Part shown: positions 1-13,313 of the stretch, in pieces
Numbering within the stretch: the first letter of the stretch is position 1
Layout: each line of letters opens with the position of its first letter
From: Cyanophora paradoxa CCMP329
Lineage: Eukaryota; Plantae; Glaucophyta
DNA: 55,872 nt
Assembly: GCA_004431415.1 (NCBI GenBank)
Contig: QPMI01000650.1
Location: 1-55,872 of the forward strand
Reading direction: 5' to 3'
Translations under genes and position numbers: made by a program
Notes under the pieces: generated by a model
What the model saw: only the letters and a program-made list of their open reading frames with translations
Told to the model about the DNA's origin: nothing
The model's database searches: none

Positions 1-1206
1 AGCCGCCGTGACACGGCCGTGTTCAAAATTCAAATTCCATCCATTGTTAAAGCTCGCGAACTAGCGGGATGTCCAAAAGGTCGCGCCGTTTTCGGCCCGT
101 CGAGGTCCGTCCGGGGCCGTCTGCGACATGCGAAACAGCTCCTTACGTACGCCACTGTGTACGAGGCCAAGTTCGAGCTCAAGTTTGCGCTGGGCTAATT
201 TCATTGGCGGAAGAAGTTAACAATGGGCGGGGCGTGACGCAAACTCCGTTCAGTTTGAAACTTGGCTTTATAGCCACGCGCGCGCGCCTGGCTCGACGGG
301 GCTTGGCGCCACGGTGGTCAGACCTTCCGAGTTTGGACAGAGGAGATCGTTGCTCAAATTCAGAAATTCAGGGCATCAGATAGACCGGCCGAAATATTCT
401 AGATATACTCAGATTCTTACCGTAGTACGCGATTCTTCTACTGAGTGGCCGATAATATCTAGCAAAGGCTTGGAGGATTAAGACGCCGTCGGATATCGAA
501 AAAGACAATAATCGATGCTGGAAAGATACGAAAGAAACTACACAAGGTCTACAGAATTGGTCTTGGTTAACTGCGAGCTGCAGCTGAGTAAACAGAATAT
601 CTTGATCGACTGCAAGAATGCATGGACATACAAAAGATTGGACACAACCGCACAGCGTGCATGGTCCGAGAACGTGTGGTCTTCTGTCACTAAAAGTGAT
701 TCTGAAGGCTAAGGCTATTCACAGGATAGCAAGACGATCGACCATCGATCATGCTTAGATTTGAAATCAAGTGAAAGGCTGTAGGGGCTCTTAAACTGCA
801 CCGAATTAAGAGATTTTCAAAACTGCTGAGTTTGGTGGGCACCATCATCTTGAAAAGAAGGCCGAAACCCCGCAGCTCACGCCGGCCGAAACTCGAAAGA
901 AGGATAAGGCAACTGAGGGGGAAGGCTTGGACTAGGGATACAAAAACGCTCATGCTTAAACTAGTACGCATACGGATCTCGCATACACAGACCTCTCTCA
1001 CAATTTGAACTGGTGCTTGGGAGCGAGCGACGCTGATGCTGGCTGCAATCACATCACTACAAAGTAAACTCAAGCGAAAAGGACCTGAACGTTAAAGGTA
1101 AGCTACCCTACCTTACGCTACCCACCCTAAGCGAACCCGCTGAGAAGAGGAATGGGAGGAGAGCTGGCCCGGCTGCGCCGGCTACGCACGCCGGCGCCGC
1201 TCCGGC

Positions 1207-3801
1207 TCAGGCGAGGAGGACGGAGGAGGCCCAGTGGTGGTCGGCGTGGTCGTCCCCGGGGTGGCCGTGGCCGCAGAGGACGCCCAGCTCGGCCACCGCC
1301 ACCTCCCCGTGGTGCTCCAGCAGCGCCTCCAGCAGGTGCGGCACCGCGTGCCCGCCGCTTCCGCACGCGGCGGCGGCGGCGGCAGCAGCAGCAGCGGCAG
1401 CGGCGGCGGCGGCTGCTGCGGCCGCCGCGGCGACGGCCACCGCGGCGTGCGGGTTGGAGGGGTCCCCGTCCGAGTGCTCGTCGCCCGAGGAGGCGGCGGC
1501 GACGGCGGCGGCGGCGGCCGCCGCCGCGTCGGCGAGCGGGTGCGGGACGCCGGCGCCGGCGGCGACGTTGGCGAGCAGGAGCTCGAAGAGGGCCGGGGAC
1601 ATGGCCCGCCCCACGCCGCCGGGGCCGTCCGCCGCGCCCTCAGCGTCCGCCTCGGGTGCCTCCGGCGAGGCCGGCTCCGTGGGGGGCCGCGGGGCCGGCG
1701 ACGAGGGCGCCGACGAGGCGGGGGTCGTCGTCGCCGGCGTGCCCCGCCCGCGCGTCCGCGCCCGCTTGTTCTGGAAGTAGATCCGGACCTGTCAGCGGCG
1801 CCGAGTCAGCTGAGTCGGACGGCGCCAAGGGGGCGAGGACGGAGGCGCGCGCGCGGACCTGGTGCTCGGTCACGCCCGCCTCGGCGGCGATGCGCGAGGT
1901 CTCCGAGGCGCTGCACTTGCCGCCCGAGGGCGCCAGCCGCTCGTACGCCTCGCTGAGGACGCGCGCCTGCGCCTCGCTGAAGAACTGCCGCTTGCGGGTC
2001 GAGGGCGACGCAGGCGGCGGCGAGGACCCCGCGGGGACGCAGGGCCCGGGAGGGTTCGCGTCCGCGGCCGCGGGAAGGGGCGAGGGCGTGGGCGAGGGAG
2101 CGGCCGGGCGCACGGGCGCCTCGGCCGGCGGCGCCGGTGGCGGCGCGGACGACTCCGGGTTGGCGGCGCGGGCCGCCGCCTCGGCCTCGAGGCGCTTCTG
2201 GTGCTCGACCGCGAAGCTGGCGCCGGCCGCCGCGGCGCCGCCGGCCGAGGCCGTGCCGGCCGCGACGGCCGCCGCGAAGGCCGCGAAGCCGGCGGCGGCG
2301 CCGGTGAGGGGAAAGGCCGGGGCCGGGGCCGGGGCGCGGGGCGCCGAGCCCGGCGCGCCGGCGGCGAGGAACAGGAGCCGCTGCAGGACTCTCTCCATGC
2401 GCCCGAACGAGTCGCGGACCTCCTGCGCGGCCGCCTGCTCCCGGCCCGTCGGCCGCCTCCGCCGCCCCGAGGCGCCCGTGCCCGAGACCTGGGCGGCCTG
2501 CGTCGCGCCCAGCACCGCCGAGCGCACCGCCGCGGCGAGGGCCGCCGGCAGCCCGCAGGAGGCGCCCTCCGCGGAGGCTGCGCTCCCCTCGCCGTCGCCG
2601 CCGCTGCCCGAGTCGCTGCCAGCCTCCTCCTCCTCGTTGCCGCTGCCGGCCTCTGAATCGGCCGACGGCGCGCCGCCGGCGTCGGCGCCGCCCTTCCCGC
2701 CCTCGCGGTGCGCGAGGCGGAAGAGAGCCGACATGGCCGAGCGACGGCTCGCGACGTCCACGCGGATCGCCGCCCGCCGGACGGCCTCAACCGCCGCCGC
2801 GCCGTCGCCGAGGCCCGAGACGCCGAGCCAGCCCTCCGCCGCCGCCTGCTCGGCGGCGGCGGCCTCCTCCGCCGACGGCGTCGAGGCCTGCGTCGGCCGC
2901 GGCGTCCGCCGCCGCTGCCGTCCGTTGCGTGGCCTGACGACCGCGTCCGGGTCGCTGTCGGCGTCCTTGTCCCCGTCCGACTCGGCAGCCGCCTCGTCGT
3001 CCTCCATCACCTCGATCACCTTGCGCCGCTTGACGACGCGCGACGAGCGCCGCAGACCCATCGCCTCCGCGGCCGCAGCGGCAGCAGCGGCCGCAGCAGC
3101 TGCCTCCGGGGATAGCGACGGCTCCCGTTCACGCTTCACGACGACCGCCACAGGCGGCGGCGAGGCGCCGGGCGCGGGCGAGGCGCGAGTGCCCACGTTC
3201 ACCGCGCAAGCCCGCGGGGAAGCCGCGCTACCGCGGGGAGACGCGATGCTGCACACTCGCGGGGACATTCCCGGCGGCGGCGACGGCGCCGCGATGGTCA
3301 GGAAAGTGGTGCGCCGGTGCTTCGCCGGCGGCGCCTGAGGCTCCTCGCCGTCGCCCTCGCTCTCGGTATCGTCGTCATCGTCAGAGGTAACCTCGTTCTC
3401 GACGCTCGCGGCCGTCGCCGGCTGCTCGGCGGCCGGCTGCTGGGCGGACGTTTCCTGCTGCGCTGCTGGCGCTGATGCCGGCGGCGCCGGCTTCTCACAC
3501 TCGTGCGGTGCGACGATCTGGCGCTGTTCTTCTCGCGTTTGCCTCTGAACGCAGCGAGCGTCAGCACGGTTGCACGATCAGGTCGAATCGGCCGCGGTCG
3601 GACGCACGTGCGCGAGCAACTGGGCACGCCTGCTGCCCGGTAGGATAGGTTCCGGAAAGTGAATCGATCTGCGTTAAGCAGAAGATCAGCAAAAGTCGTG
3701 GCAAACGCGCGCTGTGGAGAACGTGCGCGTGGCACGGGCGCTGCGCACTGGTTGCTCTGCCCAAGAGAGCCGGACAGGTTTGTCACCGGCTCCTCGAGCA
3801 T
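1207..3801 (-). CDS. Homeodomain-containing transcription factor, low-complexity Ala/Pro-rich, spliced; start uncertain
   Basis: ORF 1640..3268 contains RKRQFFSEAQARVLSEAY...SRIAAEAGVTEHQ. Removing the GT-AG intron 1789..1858 continues it as VRIYFQNKRAR (helix 3) into the frame ending at stop 1207. Upstream exons and an ATG at 3801 are tentative. Confidence 0.8.
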
Positions 3802-3943
3802 TAGAACTGCGTAAAAAGCGCATTTGACGCGTTACTGGGACGTCCGGCTTGCGTCAGAACGGAGGGACGAGACCGACCTTCGAGAAAGCGGGGCGTCAGA
3901 GGACGCCCGTGGATGTGTCCAAAGCCATTCAACGGTGATCGAC

Positions 3944-4499
3944 ATGTTCCCAAACCGTGTGGCATCGGTCCTGCGCACGAAGGACGTGCGGGTGAGCCAG
4001 AGCGAAGGGCGGATCAATTCTGTCCGCGTGAGAGCGGCTATGGTCGATAGGTGGCTGGACACTGCGGACCATACGGATCGAGCAAATCTACACCAGCATG
4101 CTCGATTTCCGGTGTCCGCGGGTCAACGTCGAAGAAGCACCGGACATCCTCGGACGTTTCGCCCTCGTGCGCGGACCCGTCCTGTCAAAGTGCAAAGTGT
4201 GCGTTAGAACACTGCAATGCATTGCTTTATGTCCTCCTGGTTACTGGGAGCTCCGCACCTTCCTGCTCTCAGAACACGGAACGTTGGCCTTGCCGGGGGG
4301 TTTGTCCGGAAGTGGAGGGAACAGCGCGTCAGAATGCGCTTCAATGTGCTCAAGATTCATAAGATCCAACATTTCCGCTGATCGCCCGCCGAGAAGCGGC
4401 GACCTGCTCGAAACGATGCCCTGCGACAAGCCCCAATTACTCGCCAGTAAGCACACCCTTCACTCGGCGGTTGGGGAAGCCGATTACACGGAAGAATAG
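3944..4499 (+). CDS. Possible small spliced hypothetical gene or remnant, divergent from the homeobox gene
   Basis: Short protein-like stretches (MFPNRVASVLRTKD; WTLRTIRIEQIYTSMLDFRCPRVNVEEAPDILGRF) bounded by plausible GT/AG sites. No recognisable domain. Confidence 0.25.
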
Positions 4500-4859
4500 A
4501 TGACACAGCGCACCCCGTGGATGTCCGTTGCGCCGCTGACCAGGTGGACGCCCGTGCAGTCAAAGGCTGTGTCGAAGCGGCTCACAGTCATCGATCGAGG
4601 CACCACGGGGCGCTGTCACAGATCCATGATCCGCAACGCTGGTGAGCTGCTGAGCCGCCGCGCCGCTGGCCGATCACGGGACCGCCTACAGAGTCCAGAC
4701 CGCAAACTTCAGCTGGCCCGTGGGGTCAGGGGTACGCTGTCTTCAGATTAATCTTCGGTCGGTTCGTCACGGGTCGGTTTGCGGACAGCTAGAGTCGGGG
4801 TACCGCCAACTCGCGATCGCCGCCAGGTAGACGTCAACCTCGCCGCGCGCGAACGGCCG

Positions 4860-6340
4860 CGCGCGGGCCAGCTGCAGCCTGCAGCTGCAGCTGCGGAGGC
4901 TAGCTATAGCGCCGCTCATGATCATGATCAGCGGCTGAGCTGCGCATGCGCGCAGGAGTGCTCGTGACGCGTACGGTCGCCGAGTCGGATCGCGGACCGA
5001 CGTCGACCGATCGCCGGTCGCCCAGCTGCAGTCCGACGGTCGGACCGGATCGCCGCCGGCGCCGAGACTCGATCTATATCATGTCGATTACAGCCTGGCA
5101 GTACTAGTATACTGTATACAGTCGATCGCGATATCGATATCGGCCCGGCGGTTCAGGATCCGGAGCGCTACGTATACGTTTACGTATACTAGCTATATAG
5201 GTTAGCGCGCGACGCGCGCGTACGCGTGTTTGCGGCCACCGCGGCCGTACGTACGCGTGGGCGGCCCGGCGTACGTATACGTATACGTATACGTATACGC
5301 GTGGCCGGCGCCGGGCCCGGGGCACGGCAGTCGTCGGCAGAGGCCGCAGAGCTCGATCGCGAGTAGGGCTGTCGCGATCGTCAGTCACTGATCATGACAT
5401 GTACAGTCACAGTCAGAGGGTCTGACTGACCTGACTCATGATCAGTGACTGGGTCAGCCATTTGCTGACTGATCATGAGGTTCTCAGTCCCATACAACAC
5501 CCTGCTGGCCCAGTGGGAGATCTAGAGTGCCCCCCTGCATGTCGGCTTTTCCCATCGAAAAATGATCTTCTGTCGTCGAAATATTCAAGATCTAGAAATC
5601 GCGAACGGAGATCATGACGAGGCTAATATAACAGTGTCTGGCACCTGGCGGGGCAAGTTCACGGTTAACGTTGCAGGCTTGCAGCAGGTCACGGGTTGCT
5701 CATCATGGCATCATGACTCAGTGATCATGGCATGACTCTCAGTGATCATGATCATGATCAACTGCACATGCAGCCGCGCGCGCCTCGCCTGCGCGCGCTA
5801 GCGCTAGCGCTGCTCAGCGCTAGCGGCGAAGGCTATCATAATATCAGTAACTCATGCATGATCAGTGATAATATGCATGCCATGATGACTCATGATCGAT
5901 CATGCATATGATCATGATCATGATCATGCATATGATCATGATCAGTGATATCGATCATGATCATACCCATGAACATCGGATCAGGAGGAATGCTCGCGGT
6001 ACCGCGGCCGGTGCGCATGCCGCAGTGCTCAGCCCAGCCTGGCAGCGCTATCCGATCATCGGATCGAGTTCGGTATATATACGTACGCGCGCGCCGCGGC
6101 GCGCGCTGCCGCGCCCGCGTTGCGCGCGCGCGGCCGCGGTGCGCGCGACTCGGCGAGCGGGGACTCGGGAGGCCGTATTACCGGCCGCGGGCCGACCCCC
6201 GCCGGCGCCGCAGTTTCATGGTCGCGCGGCCGCACCCGTGCGCTCCCGCGCGCCCCAATCGCTGCACATTGCCGTGCCACCGGTGCACGGCCTTCTCTAA
6301 ACCGTATATCTGCGTGCAGATCCGAATATCTGCGCATGCG
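4860..6340. repeat. Intergenic tract rich in tandem 6-bp palindromes
   Basis: (CAGCTG)n near 4870, (CGTATA)n near 5270-5300, (ATCATG)n near 5741-5760 and 5890-5965, (GCTAGC)n near 5797-5825. Confidence 0.85.
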
Positions 6341-6347
6341 CATGCTA

Positions 6348-8975
6348 CACTAGTGAATCAGGGGGTGTGTTCTTATGGGTGGAACAAGCAGCAGAACCAA
6401 AATTCTTATGGAAAAAGCGCATAAGAACACAACTCTCTTACGGTTCTGTTTGTATGGTAACCGTATGACGAACCATAAGAACTGCAACCTCTTTCATAAG
6501 AACAACCATAAGAGTCCTATGCTTGTTCCACGGTGAGCTGTTCTCATGCATGAGAACATGCAGTTTATAATCAAATATAATATTTTATATTATATATATT
6601 GTATCCGCCGCCACGCGCGCGCCAGCGCCCCCGGCCGCGGCGCGCCGGTGCCCCCGTACCCAGCACCCCGGCTCATGATCATGTACCCCCTGGCGCCGAG
6701 GTCCAATGCCCCCGCGCCCCGCACGCCCCCCGTGCCCGCCGGCGCCCCGCCCTGCCCCCCACCCCTGCCCCGGGCCCCGTCCCGGCGCCCCTGCCCCCGG
6801 GCCCTCGGGCCTCGCCCCTTGCTCTTGCATTCAGGAATATAATTTTATTCAATATGTGTTCACTTAGCCGTGAGCTAAATTGAGCGGGGCGCGGGGAGGG
6901 GCGGGACGGGAAAGGGCGTGAGCTGGGCTTACCGCGAGAGCGTTGATAGCTCTGCAAAAAATTGAAGTCAGCTTCCTAGACACTCAAGGCAGTAATGTCC
7001 TAAACACTCAAGGCGGTAATGAAGATCGAGTTCTTTGATCTATGTGGACGGCAAGGTCTGGCACCAGCGACGGCACCACCGTCTAGAGGGCGTCGGGCAG
7101 GGAGAGACTCGCGAACCTTCAGCAAGCCTGAAGCTGCGAGCTGGATCTTCGTCGCCGCCGTGAACGCCCCGCAGCTCCAGACTTCTGCAAGCGCGCGAGT
7201 CAGAGGACGGAGACGACGACGGGCGCCTAGAGGGGACGGGCGGCTAGAGGGGAGATGCGCACCAAGCGAGAGAAGGGCCACCGCTGCGCCCCGGCCGCCC
7301 CAGCCGCGAGGGCGCCGCGAGTCGGGCTCCCTGCGCCCGCCCCGTCGCGCGAGGCGCGGCGCCCAAGGGCGGGGAGGCGCGCACCAAGCGAGAGAAGGGC
7401 CGCCGCTGCGCCCCGGCCGCCCCAGCCGCGAGGGCGCCGCGAGTCGGGCTCCCTGCGCCCGCCCCGTCGCGCGAGGCGCGGCGCCCAAGGGCGGGGAGGC
7501 GCGCACCAAGCGAGAGAAGGGCCGCCGCTGCGCCCCGGCCGCCCCAGCCGCGAGGGCGCCGCGAGTCGGGCTCCCTGCGCCCGCCCCGTCGCGCGAGGCG
7601 CGGCGCCGAAGGGCGGGGAGGCGCGCACCAAGCGAGAGAAGGGCCGCCGCTGCGCCCCGGCCGCCCCAGCCGCGAGGGCGCCGCGAGTCGGGCTCCCTGC
7701 GCCCGCCCCGTCGCGCGAGGCGCGGCGCCCAAGGGCGGGGAGGCGCGCACCAAGCGAGAGAAGGGCCGCCGCTGCGCCCCGGCCGCCCCAGCCGCGAGGG
7801 CGCCGCGAGTCGGGCTCCCTGCGCCCGCCCCGTCGCGCGAGGCGCGGCGCCGAAGGGCGGGGAGGCGCGCGCCAAGCGGGAGAGCGCCCGGCGTGCGCAA
7901 GGAGGCGTACCGGTGATGAAGATCTTGAAGGCCCCAGCCAGCCGCAGATCGTGAAAGCCCCAGCTGACGACCGAGTCCTGATAGGGCAGTCAGCAGCGCT
8001 CGGGCAGTGAAAGGTCGAGGCAGAGCGCGGGGCGCACAGCCCAGGGGCGAGGACGCGCGCACCATGCCTGAAGAGCGCCGTAGCTGCTTCTGAGCCGGCG
8101 CCGCTGACCTGAAGCTGGGAGCAGCCAAGTCCTGCGAGCGCAAGTCAGCCGGCGCATTGATCGAGGCGAAGCGACGTTCCGGATCGGTGCAAGGACGTTA
8201 GACAAGCATAACTAGCGCGTCAGGAGAGCTCCGGACGCACTGCGTCAGGCCTTCGGGGCAGCGTCGGGCGCACGCAACCACGATCCGCGGCTAGCGAGGG
8301 CGTACGCCATCCTTGACGATCTGCGAGTGCTGGATCGTAAGTTTGCATGCCGCTGGCGTCCGGATCGGGCCCGGAGACGCGCGGCCGCTGGTCGCGCACT
8401 TGGTCACTTACCGCGCCCGATCCTAGGCCTGGCCAGCGGCGCACGAACGGCGCACCCAGATTGCTGCTAGGATGCTACTCGATGTTCTCCGCTCGCGCGG
8501 GAGCAGCTGGGCGGGCCGGATGCTGCTTCCGAACGCACCGGCTAGCTAGCTGGGTACGGCACTGTGCCTGGGGTACGGCGCTAGAGTGCCGGGGTACGTG
8601 TTTCTTCGGACTGGGGTACCGACTATTTTGCCCTCGGGCCAAGGGGTCCCCCGGCGTTTCACGGCGTAGGAACTTTTTTTTCTAACGCTTGCAGTTCGCT
8701 TGCATGAGAGCAGGCGAAGAAATCTAGTTTATCCTGCATAAGAACTGAGCTCTTTCCGTGAGAACCGGCATAAGAACCAGACAAGACATTCTTTCAGTTC
8801 TTACGCCAACAAAACATCGTCCGAACTGTTAGATTTTCGCGGTTCTCATGCATAAGATTTGGGCCTAAGCGTTAGAATTTCTGTTCTCATGCATAAGAGA
8901 GGGGCTCGTTCCATAAGAATTTCCGGTTCTGCTGCTTGTTCCACCCATAAGAACACACCCCCTGATTCACTAGTG
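6348..8975. mobile_element. Non-autonomous CACTA (En/Spm) element 1
   Basis: 51-bp perfect TIR (CACTAGTGAATCAGGGGGTGTGTTCTTATGGGTGGAACAAGCAGCAGAACC) at both ends. CTA target-site duplication at 6345-6347 and 8976-8978. Many subterminal CATAAGAA/TTCTTATG repeats. No recognisable transposase. Confidence 0.93.
7255..7880. repeat. 122-bp tandem minisatellite, about 5 copies, inside CACTA element 1
   Basis: ACCAAGCGAGAGAAGGGCC recurs at 7261, 7383, 7505, 7627 and 7749. This explains the repetitive ORFs in the track. Confidence 0.95.
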
Positions 8976-9222
8976 CTAGCTCCTGCATGCCCGGGGCCGG
9001 CCGCCGCCGCATGCGCATGCGCAGCTGCATGCGAATTCGAAGTACTATATATAAAGCGCATCGATCGATCTATCGATATCCTATAGCTAGGCCTGATCAT
9101 GATCAAATTAATTCGAATTCGATTTGGAATTCGAATTCGCCGCATTCGTTCTCCCGGGCCGGGGTACAGTCGCCGAGCAGCCCGAAAAAGCGGGCCCGGA
9201 AGGGCCCGTGCGGAGCGGCAAG

Positions 9223-12200
9223 ATGCTGACCGCGCTGCAGAAGCAGGTGCGCTTAGTTCGTGTGCCGCTTTCTCGGCAGCAGTTAGCTTTCCGGGGCTGC
9301 TTGGGCCACCTGGGCCCTCTAATGCGCCCGCGGCTGGCCATGTCATGCGCTAGGCCACCTTCGCAAAGCGGCGAAGGCTAGATACGCCTAACGAAGCGAA
9401 GCCAGGGCTGCCGTGGCCTATTCGCAACCCCCAACTACCAGAGCCCGCCCCAGCCTGCCTCCACGCTCGATTTCACTTCAACGCTGCGCCCTCTAGCCGC
9501 CTGACGTCTCGCCACGCGCGTGCCTGCAGAATGCTTCGCTCGAAGCGGAGCTGCAGAAGAAGAAGATCAAGGAACAGGAGCTCAAGGACAAAACCGAGGC
9601 GGTCCAGAGCCTCGCGGCGCAGGTCCGAGCGAGCGACGCGCCGCGCGCCGCGCGCCCCGAGTCGACCCCGCGCCGGGCAGATCGCTGTGCTCGAGAACAA
9701 GCTGCGCATCGCGGAGCGGGAACTCGCGGCGAAGAATGCCGAGTGCGCCCACCCGCACTCTCGCCCCGCGCCGGCGGCCCCGCGTCTGAGGGGGCCGCCG
9801 CGCGAAGGCACGCGGCCATCACGTCGAAGCTGCGGTCGACGGAGCAGGAGGTTGCGGCAAAGGAGGAGGAGCTCCGCGGGCTCCGCCGCAAGCTCGAGGA
9901 GGCGATGGCGATCCTCGCCAACCGCGTCGTCGAGGCGCGCACGTACCCCCGCCCACCCTGCGCCCCGTACCCCCCTCACGACCCGCGCCGCCCTCTTCTC
10001 CCCCCGCAGGTCGAGCGCCTGAACGACACGTACAACAAAATCGTGCAGGGGAAGGTCCGCGGGGGTAGCGGGGGGGGATCCGGGGCGTACACCTGTGAGG
10101 GGTCTGAGCCGCCCCGGGTGCCGCAGATGCAGGAGATGGAGCACATGCGCACGGAGATGGAATCGCAGCTGGCGTCACGCGAGTCCGAAATCGGGCAGCT
10201 GCGGGTGCGCGGCAGTACCCCGCCCCCCTCTCCCACCCGGGCCCGCTTGCCCCGCCCCGCGCCTTCTCACGAGCGTACCCCCTCCCTTCTCCCCGCCCCC
10301 CTTCCAGGCCCGCATCGCTACGCTGGAGGCTGAGATCGAGCGGCTGAACGCGGAGCTGGGGGCGCTCCGCAAGGCGGCCGAGGAGCGGGACGCGCTCGAA
10401 GGCCGCGTGGCCGAGCTGCAGAGCGTCGCCAAGGGCCGCGCCGACGAGCTGGCCGAGCTTCGTTCGCAGCTGGAGGAGGAGCGCAGGCGGGGCGGCGAGG
10501 CGGCGGCGGCCGGGGACCGCCAGCGGGAGGAGCACCTCTCGGAGATCGCGCGCCTCCAGAGCCGCTTCGAGGACGAGGCGAGGGACGCGGAGGCGCGGGC
10601 GGGGCGAGAGCTCGAGGCGGCGCGGGAGGAGGCGGCGGCGGCGCTGCGCGAGGCGGGGGCGCGGCACGAGCGGGAGCTGCGGGGGCGGGAGGAGGTGGCG
10701 GGGCGGGCGCGAGAGGAGGCGGCGCGAGAGGCGAAGGCGCTGGCGGAGGAGGTCGAGCGGGGGCGCCAGGACCTCGCCCGCCTCAAGGTCCGACCTCTGC
10801 CTGCTTCTCCGAGGGCGGCCGGGCGATGGCTAGCTAGATAGCTTGCCAGCTGGATAGCCGGCCAGAGGGGAGGGCGCCGCGCGCTCCCAGCGGGTAGAGG
10901 AGGGGCGGCTAGAGGGCAGCTCCTGCCTCGCCTCGCGCGGCCTCTCTGACGCCCGGCTCCGCGCCAGGCGTCGCACGCGCGGGAGCTGCGGGAGCGGGAC
11001 GAGGAGGCGGAGGCGGGGCGGCAGCGGCAGGCGGAGGAGGCGCGCGCCCGCGACGAGGAGCTCGCCCGCCTCCGCCAGGTCCGCGGGCCGGGGCGGGGCG
11101 GGGCCGGGCGGGGCGGGGCTTGGTCAATCCTTAGTCAAGCCAAGTCCTGACCCACGTCCCCCGCCCGCGCAGGCGCGGGAGGCCGAGCTGGCGGCCATCA
11201 ATCGCCAGCATGCCGAGGAGGTCGGCTTTCCCCACCCGCCCCCCGCTGGCGACGGGCCTGAAGGGGGGCGGGGTGGGCGCAGGTGGCGCGGCTGCGGGAG
11301 GAGATCGTTCGCCTGAAGGAGGCGCGCCTCGCGGAGGGGGGCGCCCAGGCGCAGGAGATCGGCCGCCTCCGCGACCGCCTCGACGAGGCCGAGGCCGGCG
11401 CCGCCCGCAGGTGCGAGCCGCTCCCGCAGCCAGCCGGCCGGCCGGCTAGCCGGCCAAGTGACGGGGGCGGGGACGGCGGGGCGCAGCGCGGAGGCGGCGG
11501 CGTTCGAGCGGGAGCGGGCGGTGGACGAGGCGGTCCGGGCGGCCGAGGAGCGCGCCGCCCGCGAGGCCGCCGCCGCCCGCGAGCAGGTCCGCGGCGCTCT
11601 CCGCCGAAGAAGAGAAGAGCATCGGAGCCATCCATAGACTCTTCAAGAGTCGTCCGAGCATTCTCCTCTGACGGGAGGGCGCGGGCGGGCAGCACTACGC
11701 GGAGCTGGCGCGGGCGAAGAAGGCGCACGGGGAGGAGGCGGCCGCGCTGCGCGAGCACCTCGCCGCCGAGGCCGAGCGCCTGAAGCGCGCCCAGCGCGCC
11801 GAGACCGACAACATCCGCGAGGAGAACAGGCCCGCCCGCCCCCGCCCCCGCCCTCCCTTCCTCGCCCTGTTCAACCGAGCCGGCAGGCTCGAGCTTGAGC
11901 GGCTGAAGCAGGGCTGGGCGGAGGAGCGCGAGCGGCTGCGCAAGGAGCTCAAGCGCGCCGAGGCCCGCGCCGGCGAGGCCGAGGCCAAGGTCTCCGAGCG
12001 CGAGGAGCGCCTCAGGAAGGCCCAGGCAAAGGCCAAGGGCCTCCAGGTCCGCTATTAGTTTTATTGTTACCATTTCGCTCGCTGAGCCACGCGTCTTGTA
12101 GGAAGACCTGTCGGACCTGCAGCGGCGCTACGACGAGCGCGAGGAGGACTACCGGGAGGCGCGTACCCCCCCTCGAGTTCATCCCCCTTCCTCCCCTTAC

Positions 12201-13084
12201 CCCCCTACCCTTCAGATGAAGAAGAAGGTGGACGGGGTAGACGCGCTCCTCGCCGAGCGCGACGCGAAGATCGAGATGCTCAAGGCAGGGCCGATCGGGC
12301 TATTTTAAGGCCTGTACGGGTACAGGCTGCTGACTCGGGCGGCAGGGGATGACGCGGGCGGCGAAGCAGTTCACGAACATCCTCGTCGAGAAGAAGGTGC
12401 GGGAGCGGGGGGAGGAGCGGAGGGGGGTACAGCAGCTCTCACACCTCACAGGTTGGGGAGATCCTCTCGAACGTCGACCCTGCGAGCCTCGCGGCGGCCG
12501 CGGGGGGCGCCGCTGGGAGCAAGTCGCCCCCCAAGCGCCGCTCGGCCGCCGACGAAGGTCCGTACCCCCCGTTACCTCCACCCTCCCCCCTTTCCCCGTC
12601 CCGTGCCGACCGATGGCGGGCGGCCGCAGAGGAGAGGAGAACGCCGCGGGACAAGGAGCGGAGGCGGGAGAAGGACCGGGACAGAGACCGGGACCGGGAC
12701 AAGGAGCGGCGGCGGGGCCGGAGGCGGGACGAAGAGGAGCCCGAGTCGGCGCGCGACCGGAGGGAGAGGGAGAGGGAGGAGGGGGAGGGCGGGGCGGGCC
12801 CCCCGCAGCGCGCGGACAGCCCATCCCGCGACGAGCGGCAGCGGGGCGACCGCGACCGGGATCGGGACCGCGACCGGGACCGGGATCGCGACCGGGATCG
12901 GGATCGGGAGCGGCGGGGCCGGCGGCGGGGCGAGCGGGAGCGGGAGCGGGAGAGCGTGGACGAGGGGGGCGGGGCGCGCGGCGGCGGCGGCGGCGGCGGC
13001 GGGGGGCGGGGACGGAGCCGCTCGAGCGACGGGGGCGAGAGCTCCCGCGAGAGCCGCCTCCGCCTCCCCAAGATCAACACGTGA
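9223..13084 (+). CDS. Large multi-exon coiled-coil protein with an RD/RE-rich C-terminal tail ending LPKINT
   Basis: MLTALQKQ exon followed by E/K/R/L heptad-rich exons (IAVLENKLRIAERELAAKNAE; ARIATLEAEIERLNAEL) separated by short GT/GC-AG introns. The last exon has (RD)n repeats and a stop at 13082-13084. Confidence 0.75.
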
Positions 13085-13313
13085 CGTCACGGCGGCCGCC
13101 CGGCCGCTGCTCTCTCGAGCTCGCAGCAGTGCTCAGCGGCGCAGCTATTCTCAGGGGGGCGGCCACTTTCTGCAGGCCCGCCCCAGTCTTATGCGTACAG
13201 TAAGCTTAAGCTTGAAGAAAAGAACAGCCGAACAATTGCAAGGGGCTTCAGCAGCTAGGGCGGGACGGGATTCGAATTAGGGGGGAGGGGCAAGGGGCTA
13301 CGTATATACGCGG

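Noticed and set aside
1-1100. Lower-GC segment with short ORFs
   Set aside because: No recognisable protein, RNA gene or element terminus. It may be a TE remnant, but this is unsupported.
1152-3338. 728-aa + strand ORF and many similar Arg/Gly/Ala/Pro-rich ORFs
   Set aside because: Antisense or off-frame shadows of real genes in stop-poor, high-GC DNA.
5501-5687. Possible MITE with CCTGCTG / CAGCAGG ends
   Set aside because: Only a 7-bp inverted match and no clear TSD.
7000-8143. Long repetitive ORFs on both strands
   Set aside because: Products of the 122-bp minisatellite. The unit length is not a multiple of 3 and there is no domain signal.
12439-13080. RS-repeat ORF on the - strand suggesting an SR protein
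   Set aside because: It is the antisense of the (RD)n tail of the + strand coiled-coil gene and has no RRM.
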